NCBI GenBank assembly: GCA_002633005.1
Contig: NMRA01000557.1
Location: 81,679 to 145,678, forward strand
Reading direction: 5' to 3'
Length of the DNA stretch: 64,000 bases
Origin: Phoronis australis
Lineage: Eukaryota; Animalia; Phoronida
The notes below the pieces were generated by a model, which searched no databases, was not told where the DNA came from, and worked only from the letters and a program-made list of their open reading frames with translations. Below, in pieces: positions 12,182-26,275 of the stretch. The first letter of the stretch is position 1. Every line of letters starts with the position of its first letter. Both the position numbers and the translations under genes were made by a program.

Positions 12182-12749
12182 NNNNNNNNNNNNNNNNNNN
12201 NNNNNNNNNNNNNNNNNNNNNNNNNNNNNNNNNNNNNNNNNNNNNNNNNNNNNNNNNNNNNNNNNNNNNNNNNNNNNNNNNNNNNNNNNNNNNNNNNNNN
12301 NNNNNNNNNNNNNNNNNNNNNNNNNNNNNNNNNNNNNNNNNNNNNNNNNNNNNNNNNNNNNNNNNNNNNNNNNNNNNNNNNNNNNNNNNNNNNNNNNNNN
12401 NNNNNNNNNNNNNNNNNNNNNNNNNNNNNNNNNNNNNNNNNNNNNNNNNNNNNNNNNNNNNNNNNNNNNNNNNNNNNNNNNNNNNNNNNNNNNNNNNNNN
12501 NNNNNNNNNNNNNNNNNNNNNNNNNNNNNNNNNNNNNNNNNNNNNNNNNNNNNNNNNNNNNNNNNNNNNNNNNNNNNNNNNNNNNNNNNNNNNNNNNNNN
12601 NNNNNNNNNNNNNNNNNNNNNNNNNNNNNNNNNNNNNNNNNNNNNNNNNNNNNNNNNNNNNNNNNNNNNNNNNNNNNNNNNNNNNNNNNNNNNNNNNNNN
12701 NNNNNNNNNNNNNNNNNNNNNNNNNNNNNNNNNNNNNNNNNNNNNNNNN
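12182..12749. other. Assembly gap
   Basis: Run of N. Confidence 1.
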
Positions 12750-13084
12750 TTTGCAGAGGGACCAGATGTACACTGAGAGTACACAAAAAGCTGACCTGGT
12801 CCGTCACGAGACCAAGAGTATACCTGTGCGTATTATCCCTATAAAAATAGTCGATCTGTCGCGGGACCAAACATTACTGGCTGAGATAAATAGTTTTACA
12901 TAGCACACTTTGGTAAAAAAATCACAAGACTAGTCCGCCGAGGGACCAGAAGTACACTTAAACTCAACATCTACACAAATCAAGCTGGCCTGGTCCGTCG
13001 CGAGACATAAAGTGTACTATGCAAAAAATTTTTAATTGAAAACTTCTCTCTAAAATTTTAATCCCCAGTGGTTACTCATACGTT

Positions 13085-13720
13085 AGTCCTATCCTTCTGT
13101 TGTCTAGACTGGTGAGGAATTTGTATATCGGATCCAATGGTTTGTTCGTCTTGGAACCATTCTACCCAGATATCTTCCATGTTTTTTCCCAACGCTTGCA
13201 CTTCGTCAACTGCTGTGTCAATGAGCTTGTAAGCCTCTACAATGTCAGCATCTCGTTTCGCAGCTCAGTTGGCACTAAGACCCTTGAGGTTGCTAAGTCC
13301 ATTCAAAACACTTACATGCGCAACTAAATTTGATCCGTTCATCATGGACTACTTCAAACCTTCACGATGTATCCTAGGACCTATTTGCATCTCTTGTAAC
13401 TTTCGAAATAAACGTCCCAATGTCTGAACGCTTGAAACCCGAAGTACTAATATCAAATAAATGCCCATGGGCATGAGCGTTTCATCGGGTGGGCCTTTCT
13501 GCGGAAATTCCCAGTATAAAAGACGGCAGTGTGCTTATTGCAGGTAGAAAGACGGTAGGTGTTGAGGTCGGAACTAGGGGTCTTTAGGAGGTCTATTGAA
13601 CATCGCACGAGTTCCGCAAGACTTTGTTGTGAAAGAAAAGCATCCCCGCAATTTCTGGTACTGTACACTTTTCGCGAATGCGGTCACTTTCTCAATGTGA
13701 GTGCCCCCTTGGTCATTCCT
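13085..13720 (-). mobile_element. hAT transposase fragment (Tip100/ZMYM1/THAP12-like), pseudogenised
   Basis: Minus strand: LNGLSNLKGLSAN*AAKRDADIVEAYKLIDTAVDEVQALGKNMEDIWVEWFQD..IQIPHQSRQQKDRTNV fits the LS..LQ....D...A...I...W...PR...Q..R.N pattern. Contains stops and frameshifts. Confidence 0.55.
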
Positions 13721-14498
13721 TGTATAGACAAAACTTGTTAGAGTGTATCTTCAAACGGACTCGCGACCAGACCACGGCGCCCGCCACAATAGCAATTCTT
13801 CGGAAAAAGAATTTTTTTCAAAAATATTACATGTACATGTACACTGTATGATATTGCGCAAGATAACTTTACTATACATCAGTTACAAACGTGTGGAGTG
13901 TAATAGAATGACACGGCATGACAGATGAGGTAAAAACGTTGCACGTCAATTCGCCTGAATATCAGGGTTGCGGCACCGCAGTATTTCCCCTAATCAAATC
14001 AAAATGTATCTTAGAGTAAACGAAGAAGCTAGTTACCTAAAGTTATCAGCAAAGAACTGCTCTTTCAGCGGTGAATCCATCTAACATGCTTGGCTACTTC
14101 AGAAGTGTCGACGGAAGCGCACGCACAATTAATCCCCGCGCGTTTTGCTGTTGAGCCACGAATACTCAGCAATTCACAATGCAAAAAATTATATTTTCAG
14201 AGTGAACCCCCCTCAATTTTTTCGAAGTTGGTTTACTTGAGGTTTACACACGCTAGCGATGCCGTTTTTGTTTTGCTGGAGACGTTTTTGTTTTTTTTTT
14301 TTATTTTTGGGTCCTGGCCNCCCCTGAACCCCCCCCCCCCGTAGATCCGCCTCTGTAAGCATGTGTTACATTTGAATACACTGTACTACGGAAAACCCTA
14401 AATCAAAGTGTAATCTTTTCCCAGAGGCCTCCTACAAGTATTTCCGTATAAATTGTGTTACTACGATGGATTCTTATCATGATGAAACTCAAGTTGGA

Positions 14499-14969
14499 TA
14501 GCCTCACCTCCTTTAGCCAGCCAGCTAGCTGTATGAAGACTATCGTCAAAATGGTGGGAGATGGTGATAGCTTGGCAGCAGCAAAATTACTTCTGAAATT
14601 CGGTTTTTCGATATCACAATTCTACAAACTTATAACGATGTCAAGCCAGTTCCGATATTTTTTGTGACGTGTCCGCAACCTCGTGAAAAAACAATAGTTG
14701 ATCGAAGAATCGGCGAAAAAAAAGAGACTGGCCAATAGGTGACGCAATATTTCATGGCGCCGAAAGCCGTGGCTAAAGATCGCTCCACAACTTTAGCAGC
14801 AGAATAACAGTAGAACGCCATTTTTTTCAACACTGTTAAATATTTTAGTTTATTCAAGGAAGACTGTAGTTATTAATGACACTAATTGTGTGTCAGATTT
14901 TATCTTACCACTATTTTACCCACATCGGTGCAAAGCTGTATATTTATATACAGCTTTGTACCAAGGCTA
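14499..14969 (+). mobile_element. Non-autonomous DNA element with TAGCCT...AGGCTA termini, copy 1
   Basis: Shares its internal core (ACTGGCCAATAGGTGACGCAATATTTCATG...TTTTACCCACATCGG) and CCAAGGCTA end with 37449-37882. Confidence 0.65.
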
Positions 14970-16545
14970 CATCCCCTTATGGCACACTCAGGCAAAGGGG
15001 CGGATGATACCCCTTACCCGTGACCTATTAACAGCTAACTAAATCCTTTCCTTAAAGAGGCATGGAAAGCGAAATCTCGTCAAAAATAGTTGATACATTT
15101 ACTAACGAAAGTACCTTCTAGCAACGTCTACTACACGGTTATTCACTTTCCCCTGTGAGGAAATTTCCAGAAAAAATCACAAAATTCACGATTTATTAAA
15201 CACGTGCTAACATTTCGTAAATGCGCGCACGCATTCAAAGGCATTCGACTGACAAACGGTAGATTATCACGTGTGATCGCACTCAGAATCTGAGGTCGAC
15301 AGCCCAGTATGAGGCACGTCAGTGAAGCAAACAACTTATTATCAAATTATCCCAAGTGCATTTTAGTTGTTTGTGTAACGCCAAACTGCATCTTTTTGCG
15401 TTTTTTTAAGTTAGTCACCGGTCTCCTGTCACACGCCCATGATAATGGATTAGTGAGTGAGTTCTTACACCGCGAAAAGCTCTCACTCCAGGGATTTTAT
15501 TTTCATAGTATTTACCCTTGCAGTACAGACGCGACTGAAATTCACGGTCCAGTATGCCCTAAACCCACGGACTTCGATGGCTCTAACTTCGAAATCATAT
15601 TGTGGTTACGATTTCCACGAACTAAGACGGTGACATCACCACTGTTGAGGCTACAGCAAAGTAGCCTTGCGCATTCCGTTTTCAGTGTATCGGTGACGTT
15701 AAAATCTGGGCTAAGAGTTACATGTATACACGTAGTCCCCTATCAGTTGGTTGTTCACGTTGTTCCAAAAATAAATATTTTCTGTCAACAACATATTGAC
15801 AAATTATGCAAAATAAAAGAATTGTGAACGGCAAGATGTGAATACGTGGTGAAGAGGTATTTGTCTCTACGCGGCATATGTGCGTGAAACTTTGGTAAAG
15901 CGATTGCGATGGCAAAAAAATGATAGAAAATACACAAAGGTGCACTTTTGAGAAGCAAAGCGTCTGGTGATCTTGATAGCGTACATGTATGATCTGGCCA
16001 CCTCAGGTAGTAAGTGACGCTGAATGAGAAGTGGTAACTACATGTTTCGTGCGAAAATAAAAAAATCATGCTTGTATTGCCAGCCACCCCCCTCCCCGAA
16101 TTTTGCACATTCTAATGAGTCACCACTCGAAACCGGCCCGAGTTCTCTCAAAGAGTTACAGCTATAAAAGTATTCTCAAATTATTCCTTACGGTACTCGA
16201 GTAAGAAGCGACATTTGGGCTTGTAAGGCCGATTGACAGTTGGTCATTGCTTGAGTTTATGCTCGTCACCCATAAACTGACATGAGTATCAAACCAATTT
16301 GTAGAATTCTAAGGAACTATTGACTGCTTCCAAAAACAAAAGTCACATTTACTTTTGAATTTGAAATATCTTTTGTCCATTTTCACACCGATAAGTGGAT
16401 TAAGTTAACTGACACTTAGTGTTTATGGTGTACAAATAGCAGCGTTAAATAAACGTACTCGATACATTTCCCAGCCTTTATTAGGGCACTTCCAGTTGAC
16501 TCAGTGCAGAGGCCAGGAATACAGGTTCTTCCTCCATTGTTTCAG

Positions 16546-16641
16546 AACTACTTAGTGCCAACGAAATTGACGCAACACGACTGATGGCTCATGGTCACAC
16601 CGAGCTCAAGCTGGTCATACGCTGGGCCCGTCAAGTGCCAG
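16546..16641 (+). CDS. Nuclear receptor exon: LBD helix 3
   Basis: tttcag| ... |gtaaaa, 96 nt. ELLSANEIDATRLMAHGHTELKLVIRWARQVP(G) carries the first half of the NR LBD signature WAKxxPGF. Confidence 0.92.
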
Positions 16642-17430
16642 GTAAAACTACCAGTAATGACCGCGGTCAGGCGCACAAATTAACCCAATTTCGCCTTTTA
16701 TTTGCTTTGCTTTAAACTGTCGATCTCCAACTGCAATGGCCAGGAAATTTAAAGGTGATGTGTACGAGACGTGAGCCTCAATGGGGCAGATGGTAGTTGT
16801 AGAAGCAAGACTCTTACAAAGGAAACTAATCTCCCCATGAGATTTGCGTACATGTATAATTCGCGGTGACACGCCGCGATGTCTTGCGTATTTGTGTGGA
16901 TGTCGCATCTATGCACGCCTGTTAAATACGTACTTGTAGCATCCTTATAGCAAAACACTCCTGTGCTGCCGATGTGCTTTCTGTTTTCAATCTATCGAGA
17001 GCTACTTTTAAAAATTTATTTACAGTGTATTAGCGCCACCTTTTGAAATATCAAGTCACCCAGTCTTAACATCAAGAAAATAATGGAGTGGTCTTTGTTT
17101 AACTTTCCAGCTAAAATATGAGCGCCAACAGAATTCGTTTTTATTGTTTCAACTAAACTCATTGTTACGGGCAAATAACAAACTCAAAGTTTTGAGAAGT
17201 TTAAGTTATGTCATGTCATTTCAGTGGCCGCCCGCAAGACCGAGAGTTGGACTTTGTTAATTGAAGTTTATTTTCCACGCAATACCCTAAATCCGTTTGT
17301 GTTCCGCACACTGTGTGATTCTGTAGTCATATGTATTCGTCAAGCTCGATCAGTGTGCCAGAAGATGAGGACTAGAGACAATTGCATCGTGTAGCAGTTC
17401 TATATCCATAATTTTTGGCTTACATTTCAG

Positions 17431-17515
17431 GATTTTGTGACTTGGACTCGAACGACCAGATGAGACTGATCAAAAACAACAGCATGGAATTACTCGCATT
17501 CCGACTGGTATTCAG
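17431..17515 (+). CDS. Nuclear receptor exon: LBD helices 4-5
   Basis: tttcag| ... |gtaatg, 85 nt. GFCDLDSNDQMRLIKNNSMELLAFRLVF(R) matches the FxxLxxxDQxxLL signature. Confidence 0.93.
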
Positions 17516-19199
17516 GTAATGTTGCTTGTATTTGTTGATGACGTCAACTGAAATTCTCGCATTAAGTTGATCTCTCTTGGCGATCATATTTTTCACCAAA
17601 TCGTTGCGCTCGCTTGGCACTCAGTCGACATTAAAACGCGGGTCACTGCGTACGATTTGTATGCAATCTGCTGCCGTTGCAGGATGATGTACATGTACAT
17701 GTATAACGATAGTGTGGCATTCTTCATCAAATATTTTATACCGGGAAGCTTGTATAGGAGAGCTTGCTTCCTTTAAAAGACACGTTTGTTCCAAAAAGTG
17801 TCGTCCATTTTGTAGCCTTTGTCTTGTGAGCGGGAAACGCCGCGCAGTGAGTTAAAAGAAACGGTGTCATAATTTTACACGGGTGAATTGTTCACCCATA
17901 AGGGCATTCCTCACTAGGTACAGTGTATGGCCTGAAATAAAACTGATGATTAACGCTAATAAAGTCCAAAAGGTTGGTTTTCATGCCCGTAGCCGAGACA
18001 GGTGCAACTGGCGCGAGTGTCGCACACTCTTCATTCAGCGTCAGTTGAGCTCCTCAAGCAACCGCTCTACGGAAGTTCAACTCCACCTGAGCCTGACCCC
18101 AGATAATAGTGTTTCAAAATTACTGAAAGTGTACTTTCTGTCTTTCTTCCTTACTTTGATGAAAGTAAGATAATGAACACAATGTTATATGCATATACAT
18201 ATACATGTACATTTATGTATGTAGTCAGTAAGAATTCCTTATTTGATTTACATTGTCAGTACATCTTAGGAATTTTCGCTCTATGGAGAAAATCATTAAT
18301 CATAAACAGAAGTTTCAAAACGACTGAGTTAAGCAGTACAGGTTCACGATTTCAGCAACATGGATTAAGGGTCACATTTCAAACGATTGTTTAAGGCCAC
18401 TTCCAGGGTACAAATATTAGACGGACATGGCATGAGTACATGTATAAATGTATGCCTGCACCAGTGTAAACCCCTGAAACTATTTTGAAACTGTCTTATC
18501 ACAGGGGAATTTTCCCTCTTAACCTAAAGTGGATATTATGAAGCAAGGGAAAACGATGTCTATAACCTTTCCATACCTCCCCAAAAACATCATTCAAGCC
18601 GTCACCTACTACATGTACATGTACGTACATGGACGAGGAACGTCACGATTTTCACAGAGTTGGCCAAGCTACACAAGATTGGTCAGAAATGATCTCTTAT
18701 TTCTTCTTGCTGGCTAAAACAAGATGTAATTGATATCGTGAAAGTTCATCATTTCTTAACTAACGTGATTGCTCTGAAACAGAAAATTAAAACTCCCTGT
18801 TTAATCCTTTCATTTTGTAACTGCCGTTTTCGAATGTCCTTTCTATATGTTCCTTAAAAACACCGTGGTCTTAAATCTTTTGCTGAAAAATCCTAAAACA
18901 TAGCCACATTATTTATCGTGTTATACTGAACACAATGGCGATAAGGGGGACGGGTGGTGGTGTAAAGCACATGGTCCGCCTGTAACAAGCTCGCACTCGC
19001 TCGTTTCCACAGCAACACGATTTCTAGGCCTATACAACCTGTATATCAGTCTGGTGGCGGTGCAGCTCGAAAAGACCGCCACATCCCACAGTCTTTTGAG
19101 TAGACTTATAAGTACATGTATAATAGTCGGGTGGCAAAATTTTGATAAATCAGTGAAACCTTAATACAACGTAAACGTTTTGTTATGAATGCATACATG

Positions 19200-20140
19200 A
19201 TATCTACTTTGAAATCTATGATATCTGCAGGAAACTGTCACCTAACACCCAGTGTGTGGGTTTTTACTGACACAATCGTCTGCGCGCAGCGTTCCTCGAA
19301 TTTCCCTCGTAATATTTTCTCTTCACGATACAGCCTTCACCTCAAGTTCTGTGTATTAGCATAGTTCCCGCCGCTTCTTTGCGGTGCTGTGATCATCATG
19401 GGGGAATATTTCTATTACAATTTCCATTCCAGAAGCTTGAAAGCCAAGAAGTGCATCGGAGTTGAAACGACACACTCCTACACTTAACGTTTCTACTTTT
19501 ATACTTCCGGATCGATGAATCTTAAGTTTTAGGCGAAATTTAAATATTACCTGAAACGCGGATACTGTGTGCTGCCTCTCCAATAGCTCTCATCAGCTAG
19601 AATGCATCCTCATCGATTAGTTCGACCCCTAATTTAGAATCATCTCGGATCATTTGCCAGTTCCCCGACTTCATCACTTGCAGTGCCACCTGGTGTCTTG
19701 TTGCAACCATAGCCACGACGAGGCCACTTCAGTCTTGCGTTTAGCAAGCGATTCGAATTGTGTCGAGACATCAATAATAAACAATCTGTTTTCCATTTTT
19801 TGTTTTGTTGGCGATGTAGCTTGAGAAATGCTCGTCAAAAATGATTTCCGCAAGCGCGTCGTTCGATACCACAATCTTGCGAAGCGCTTCGTAGCGCTTC
19901 CCTAATTATTTAACGCATGGCAGCTGATCTCACCACTGTCTGCGTCTTCATCCCGAGAACTTCTACAGGCTACTGAGGTATCATCTGACTCATCATGTGG
20001 TCGGCAGCACCAAAGTTGAAGAGTGTCCCGCGCCAACTGTGCTGACGATGAGTCTCATGACACCTGTGGCCTACCGAAGTCCTCGAGATGAGGACGTAAC
20101 GTAGCTAACTCAGTCCGTAAGTCCAGTATTTGATTCATTT
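19200..20140 (-). mobile_element. Possible highly decayed CR1/L2-type ORF1 (esterase-like) region
   Basis: Minus-strand fragments DVSTQFESLA (cf. T.NRF..L) and WVLGDSFL (cf. GDS motif). Many stops. Confidence 0.25.
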
Positions 20141-21572
20141 TATATTGTCTACTTAACTGGATGACTGACAGTGTTCATCGTATAGTTTTTTTACAGCGTC
20201 GACAGTTCGCTCTTTGAGAAACGTTTTTGTTAATTACTTGATCAATTATGAAATCAAGATTAATTTGCCAGAGAAGGCCACTAGAATGGCATCGTAAAAA
20301 TTTTAAAACACGAATTTTGAATTGGGAATTTCAAGGACAAGAATATTTAGTGCCGACGCTACCGTAACGGCTACGACGCGATCGTGTAGATTCTTAGGCT
20401 GGTAGGTTCACAAGAAAATAGACTGCGTGTATAATGCCGCTCAAGTGGCTGCTTTTTTGGTCATCTCAACTGGATTGGTCTCCCAGAACGTTTTTTTTTT
20501 GTCCCGGAGACCCGAGATTTGTCATTTTCTAAACTGATCTCGGATGGTACAGTTGACATCCCAGGGAAGTCCTGCTACCAAATAGTTGTGCGAATCATTA
20601 TGACCGGTCTTTAAAGTGAATCTTTTTAAGGCCTTCGGTACATACATGTACATGTATGTGTACATGTATGACAAGTCACAAAAAGATACACTGTGATAGT
20701 AGCAAATCATGTCAAATAAAATGTTTGTCATTTAAGAACATGATTCTTCTTTCTACCTCGCCAAGCATATTGCACATATCTGGAGAGTTTTATCATTTGC
20801 GTCAAACAGAGAAAGTAAGATTATGCGCAGATTTTAAACCTCGTAAATCGTGATATAAAAACAGTTCGCAATAAAATGAACTATGTCTTCAATTACAGTG
20901 ATAATAAATCTTGCAAATCGCAGTTTCTCAATTCGCAATTTATTTGATCTCTACCTGCTTCAATTCCCAAGAAATGGTTAGAACGTCTAATTTCAGATAC
21001 GTATATCTATGATGTGCATATTCTATCGTTTCAAAGTAATTTACCATGTAGAAAATTTTAAAAATTAGAAAAATGAGTTTACTTACGAAACAGTCAGTTT
21101 TACATTCCCATTCCTGCAAAGCACACTCTTATATTTGTTTATTGGTTGAAACGCGAACAAATCCATGTTTGTAAAAGAATGTTCAATGTGAGTCGCCCAT
21201 CTCGTTTCTCATGCTCATCGTATGTTTTCAAGAGTCCTTAAAATTGTTTGGGAGTCTGTTCTCTACATGTAACATCTCTACTGTTGGCATATCTTATGTT
21301 CAGCTTAGTATGCTGTTGTGACTCAAAAGTGTACATGGTAACCAAAGCACCAACTGTACGCTTCACGGGAAGGTCATCTTAAGTGCTTGAGAATGGTTGA
21401 CTACTTATGACGTGACTTTGCCATAAAACCTAGAATTGATGACGTTGGTCTACTGAGGCTTCTTAGTCAGAGGTCAAGTACATTTTTTCTGGCAAACAAA
21501 CACTCGTCCTGTGTTTTAGCCAATCTGTAGGCCTACAGAAGTACCAATGGTCAAGGATGCGTTTAATTTTAG

Positions 21573-21760
21573 GTCAATGCAGCTGCGACACAAGATTAAG
21601 TTTGCCAACAATATTGTCGTATCGCACGAGGAAGTGATGCAGATGGGCTGCGACGAGAATCTTCTTACTTACCTGGTGGAATACATAAAGAGAATGCAGA
21701 GGGTTTGGCTGGATCACACCGAGTTTTGCATCCTTAACGCAATGATTCTAATGCACTCAG
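21573..21760 (+). CDS. Nuclear receptor exon: beta-turn and helices 6-8
   Basis: ttttag| ... |gtacat, 188 nt. SMQLRHKIKFANNIVVSHEEVMQMGCDENLLTYLVEYIKRMQRVWLDHTEFCILNAMILMHS; LDxxEF..LxAxxL is the helix 8 pattern. Confidence 0.93.
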
Positions 21761-21799
21761 GTACATGTAACTCGTTCAGCCTAAGGATATTACTTGTAA

Positions 21800-22057
21800 A
21801 TAACTTGTTCACAACAATCGTCCGATTTTAAGATATTCCGCGTATACAAAGCAAAATACTTGCACAGCCCCAGAAATCGCGTCCACAATATATCCAGGTT
21901 CTCATTCACTACCCTGCATACAGTCATAGAAACCGCGCTCAGAGGAGTAGGAGGCGCTTGTGTCGAATGCTCCATTGTCAGCCAGTGAAGTCAGGATTCG
22001 AACCCAGGTCTCCCAAACAGGAGTCCAGGGCTCAAACTACTCATCCACACCGTCTCC
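21800..22057 (-). mobile_element. tRNA-derived SINE
   Basis: Minus-strand head GGAGACGGTGTGGATGAGTAG (A box) ... GGGTTCGAATCC (B box, plus 21994-22004), followed by a non-tRNA body. Lower boundary approximate. Confidence 0.65.
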
Positions 22058-22317
22058 ACTTACTTTATCTTTCTCGGGGAATTAGAAAACAAAATACATA
22101 ATATGTAGTGACAAAAAATGGCAGAACCACCTTCAACCGCGTGGAATTTTGTTTACTCAGCTTATAAGTTCAAATTTTGCAGTGCTGTCACTCAAATCGA
22201 ATTTCCCTTCACACATATACATATAATAAGCGTGACTAGTTGCAGAAGGAAGACATCGAAGCCAACACAGATTGTGAGATGCAGATTTCTTTTTGACATT
22301 GCGTGCATACTGAACAC

Positions 22318-22638
22318 AGTGGCGGATCTAGGATACCATAACGGGGGGCCCAACATGTTGCCTCGGACAGGGGCAAAGCGCGATGGTATGCTCAGGCGCC
22401 CGAAAAGTCGACGGGGGTCGGCTATACGACCCTGGCGCCCCAAAATCTATCGGAGGACCAAAAAACCCAAAACGATTCTGCCTGGGCCCCCCCCCCCCCT
22501 CCCCCCCTTCCTCGTCCGCTGCCATTCCTAGTTGGTAAACAACTCCATATTTCCGCACGCTTCACGCTGTTACTGTTTAATTTTGCTCGCACCACCCGGG
22601 AGGCAGGCACCCTGGGCCCGCCCCTGAATCCGCTTATG
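22318..22638. mobile_element. MITE (CAGTGGCGGATCTAGG...CCTGAATCCGCTTATG family)
   Basis: Imperfect terminal inverted repeats and G/C homopolymer tracts; same family as the 679 and 5134 copies. Confidence 0.6.
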
Positions 22639-24294
22639 TAATACTGAACTATTTTGAAGAACTCTCTTGCTGTTGTCAAAGAAGCACTAGTTACGACTGC
22701 ACCAAGTCACCGCATATACAGTGTACTTACACTGAGAACTAAAGTACACTGCTGTTACAGGAAATTTAGTTAATATTCTGCTCTTAAACAGAGCTGAAGG
22801 CCCGCTGGAGGGCTTTTCACCACTTGGTGAAATGGATATAAAACACAAGAATGGGAGGAAAAATCTTGTATAGTGCCTTAGTACTAACCAAGTCAAATTC
22901 CCTTGACACACAAACAGTCCTACTTTGTATATTTCGCCTCTTTTTACCTTCCTTGAACAAACGTCTGCCACCTTTTACTCTTAGTTTTTGACCTAACTTT
23001 TGTTGTGATTACTGTCAAAAAACAAAAATGATGTGGCCACTATCAACAAACGGCCCAGAAATACAAGAAGCAAAGAAATGAACATTGAAGATTCATTGAA
23101 GAAAATAATCTCCTGGGAAGTTCCTTCTTGGAAAATTGGATGGCATGAATACAGAGGTCAGTCGACCGAATTTTAAGAGAAAAAAATCACTATAAACACG
23201 GACAGGCAATGTCTCATCCCGCCAAACCCTCCAAGTCAAACGAAAGCAACGAAATGCTAACCCACAAGAAGAAAATCAACCCAAAGGGGAAAAGGGTCAC
23301 AGAAACTGATCATCCACGAGCCTCATAAACAACAAAAGATGGAACTGGGGTTAAACTATTAAAAACTTCGCCACCCCAAACTGGAACCCAACTAGTGAGT
23401 CTGGGTTTTAGCTCGCGGCACAGCTTGCTGGCATTGATATTCTCTCCAAAATCATGTTGACTATGTTCACCAAGGTAACATAACACGGCAAAAGCAAACA
23501 ACCAAAATCTTTGCAAATTAACCGGTATGACAACGGCTCGTGAAATCAGGATTCTTCCCCAAGATATAGTTAACTCAACGCAAGAGCCCTTGAGTAATTA
23601 CTCTAGTTCCGATATCAAAAAATAAAGCTTTACCCCGCAGTAAATGCAACCTATCCTCGACTTCAGCTACAATAAAAGCCTGGTCAGGTGAAAGGACAAA
23701 ACATGCAACATTTCCTCAAGTTCCACCGTCTACTTCCAGTCACCGACAGTTTCTATCGCTTTCTTCTGGTTCTGTGATCAACGAAGGAATTATTTCCGTC
23801 ACAGTTTCCATTACAGAATTTAAAATACGAACGTTGACCTAGAAAACTAAGAAATTCATCGATGCTTAACCGACACATCGCAGCAAATAAGTTAGTTTTC
23901 AGATTTTGTATTGGCCCGGCGGATGGATCGAGTGTAAGCCAGTGTCGGTAGAACGTTTAATGATTGTTGCATGGATCATGACAACAAGATAATGACTTGA
24001 ATTCTCGATATGATATGACAGTAGTTTCCCTATGTATGTGGGATAGCCTGTACATGTACGTATTATAGACCAAAGCTCCGAAATGTCACGCTATTAATTT
24101 ACCCTTCTGAGCTAAGTCAGCGAAGTGAAGTGCTGTGCATTCATTCAGCTATTTATTTTTTTATGACAGCGTTGCAACACACTATGCATAGTAAAAGTTT
24201 CTTTCAAATCCGAATGACAAATGATGTAGGCCTACTAGTTTTAATGCACGTCCGCCAGTGTACACCTGTGCCTCAGAGTCGCGCAGCATTGTGG

Positions 24295-25861
24295 TTAAAG
24301 GAGAATGCCACCCAAAAAACACCTACAGTATTTTGTATCAATTAAGATCGAGTAGTTCTACTCGCTAACGGCACGTTCGGTTGCGTTACCTGACACCTGA
24401 CGGCAGACGGAGGTGTTGAAATTATCCAATGAGGTCATTGGTTTCACACTTGGTCTGTTCAGCAGTTCACAACACGGGTTACTGGTGACAGCTTATCGCT
24501 TGAATTCATCGTTTAACACCAATAAATCATCAAAGTTCGATGTAAAACCCTTAAAAATAAACCGAGTTCTTATTAAAACGTGTTGTGTTATTTTGCTGTA
24601 ACGGATTTATTGGTATTTGGACACACCGTAGCTTACAAAGTTCGGCAGGCCAATTAACCAAGGTCCGTAGCAGGAGTTTGGGGTCTGTTCGGAGATAAAT
24701 TCGAGGTATTCTGCCGTGAAATACAGACATGAGAACCTAGACCTGTGTTGTTTAGACTTGTGTTTTTTGAGTTCTAAACACACATCCCGGCCAGTGGCTT
24801 GGAACCCGATCAGGCCCGTCGCGGTCAGACTGACTCACCGTTACCCCGGCCAGTGGCTCGGAACCTGATCAGACCCGTCGCGGCCGCCGGGACTAGCACG
24901 AATATAAACCAGCTTGAGTTGGAAACTAAGCCTCCAGTCACGAAAAGACTATAATAGTGAGCCAAAGAAATAATGTGCACGTAATTATTCATGTGAATTA
25001 GCCACGAAACTGAAAGTCTACTTACTTGTCGGGGGCCTCGAAGTCGGGTTCCCCTTCCAAAGACCGTCAGGGCAAAGGTTGTACAGTAACATTGATTTGA
25101 ATAATGTATTTGTATTTCTAAATAAAGATTCCCCTAACATGTGACCATAGCATATAAAATCGAGTAATTGTTTCACGACAGCTTTCTGTCAGCAAACACT
25201 GAATTAGCATGCGCTCACATGGCCTCGGTGCCCGGTCAATTACTTTTATTGCCGGCATCAAAAGCCGGTAACGCAGTGGTTTATTCATTGCTGGCTTAAC
25301 ATTTGCACTCACGAATGCTCCAAAGGCAATACGAATTGTATCTAATGAGACATACTTTGTTTCAGTTTTACATAAGCATTAGTTATGATGAGAATAATTC
25401 ATTTTGAAACAGAACGCAGAATAATAAACGTCTACATGGCAACTCGCCCGGCGCGGCTAATCCGGACTTAGTCAAGAGCTCATCCGACGAAGACTTCACG
25501 GGTCGGATAGCAGAAATCACTGTCGACGAAATGACGGCCACAGACACGGAGCTGTTTCACGGCCTCGTACTTGCTATTAACAGCGTACCTAAGCATTTCG
25601 GGCTCTCGAGGAAGTCGAAAAACGATATAACCGCTTTCTTCGCAGCTTCATAGTTCGGACAAGCGGGAACGATGCATCGCAGTATAGCGGCATTCACTCT
25701 GCAGACGAACTATTGACGTCTCTGCGTCGTTTCTCACCTTCCTCACAGGTTAACGCGACACCTTTCGGCAAGGTGAGGTCGACCGTATAAGAGGCGATGT
25801 GGATATAGACCCATTAAGACGGTAAAAAAGACTAAATAAATCGGGTGACAGTCTCCTTTAA
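24295..25861 (+). mobile_element. Kolobok/T2-type non-autonomous element, copy 1 (TSDs included)
   Basis: TTAA|AGGAGAATGCCACCC ... GGGTGACAGTCTCCT|TTAA; homologous in inverted orientation to 40304-41655. Confidence 0.8.
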
Positions 25862-26275
25862 ACACCATTGAATCAGAGAGGACGCTGTATTGTGGGAAAT
25901 GGTTCATTGGTAAAACGTGACTGCAAATATTTGTGTATAGTTAGGGACGCGGGTATGGAATTTATACTGTTGGTTTTATTTGGATGACCCAGAACGGGGG
26001 TTGTGGAGATTGAAGCTAAGGCGCGCCCCAGGAATCGTATTCACTCCTTTCTACTGACTTAGTTTATTTTAAGTCATGGAGATGAAACTCTCGAATATTC
26101 AAATAGTATTATCATTTTTCTATTTCGCTGGGAAAATACGGTGGTCACAAAACTATATTTTTTAACATTAAAGACTACTGAAAAAAAGACAACAGGAAAT
26201 GTTTGAGGAGAATAAGCGTTTTTAAATATCGTATTTAAAGAGATACATGCACGTACTTCTTTCATTTATTTGCAG

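Noticed and set aside
11962-12903. Long ORFs spanning the second gap
   Set aside because: Open only because N codons are not stops.
15309-15827. 172-aa ORF in the receptor intron
   Set aside because: No recognisable motifs or splice-compatible structure; adjacent to repeat-derived sequence.
22700-23900. A-rich, coding-like segment in the receptor intron
   Set aside because: Possibly a decayed retroelement, but I found no diagnostic motif or intact frame.
24413-24601. Apparently conserved peptide MLKLSN... also seen at 41237-41542
   Set aside because: Similarity comes from two copies of the same non-autonomous Kolobok element, not from coding constraint.
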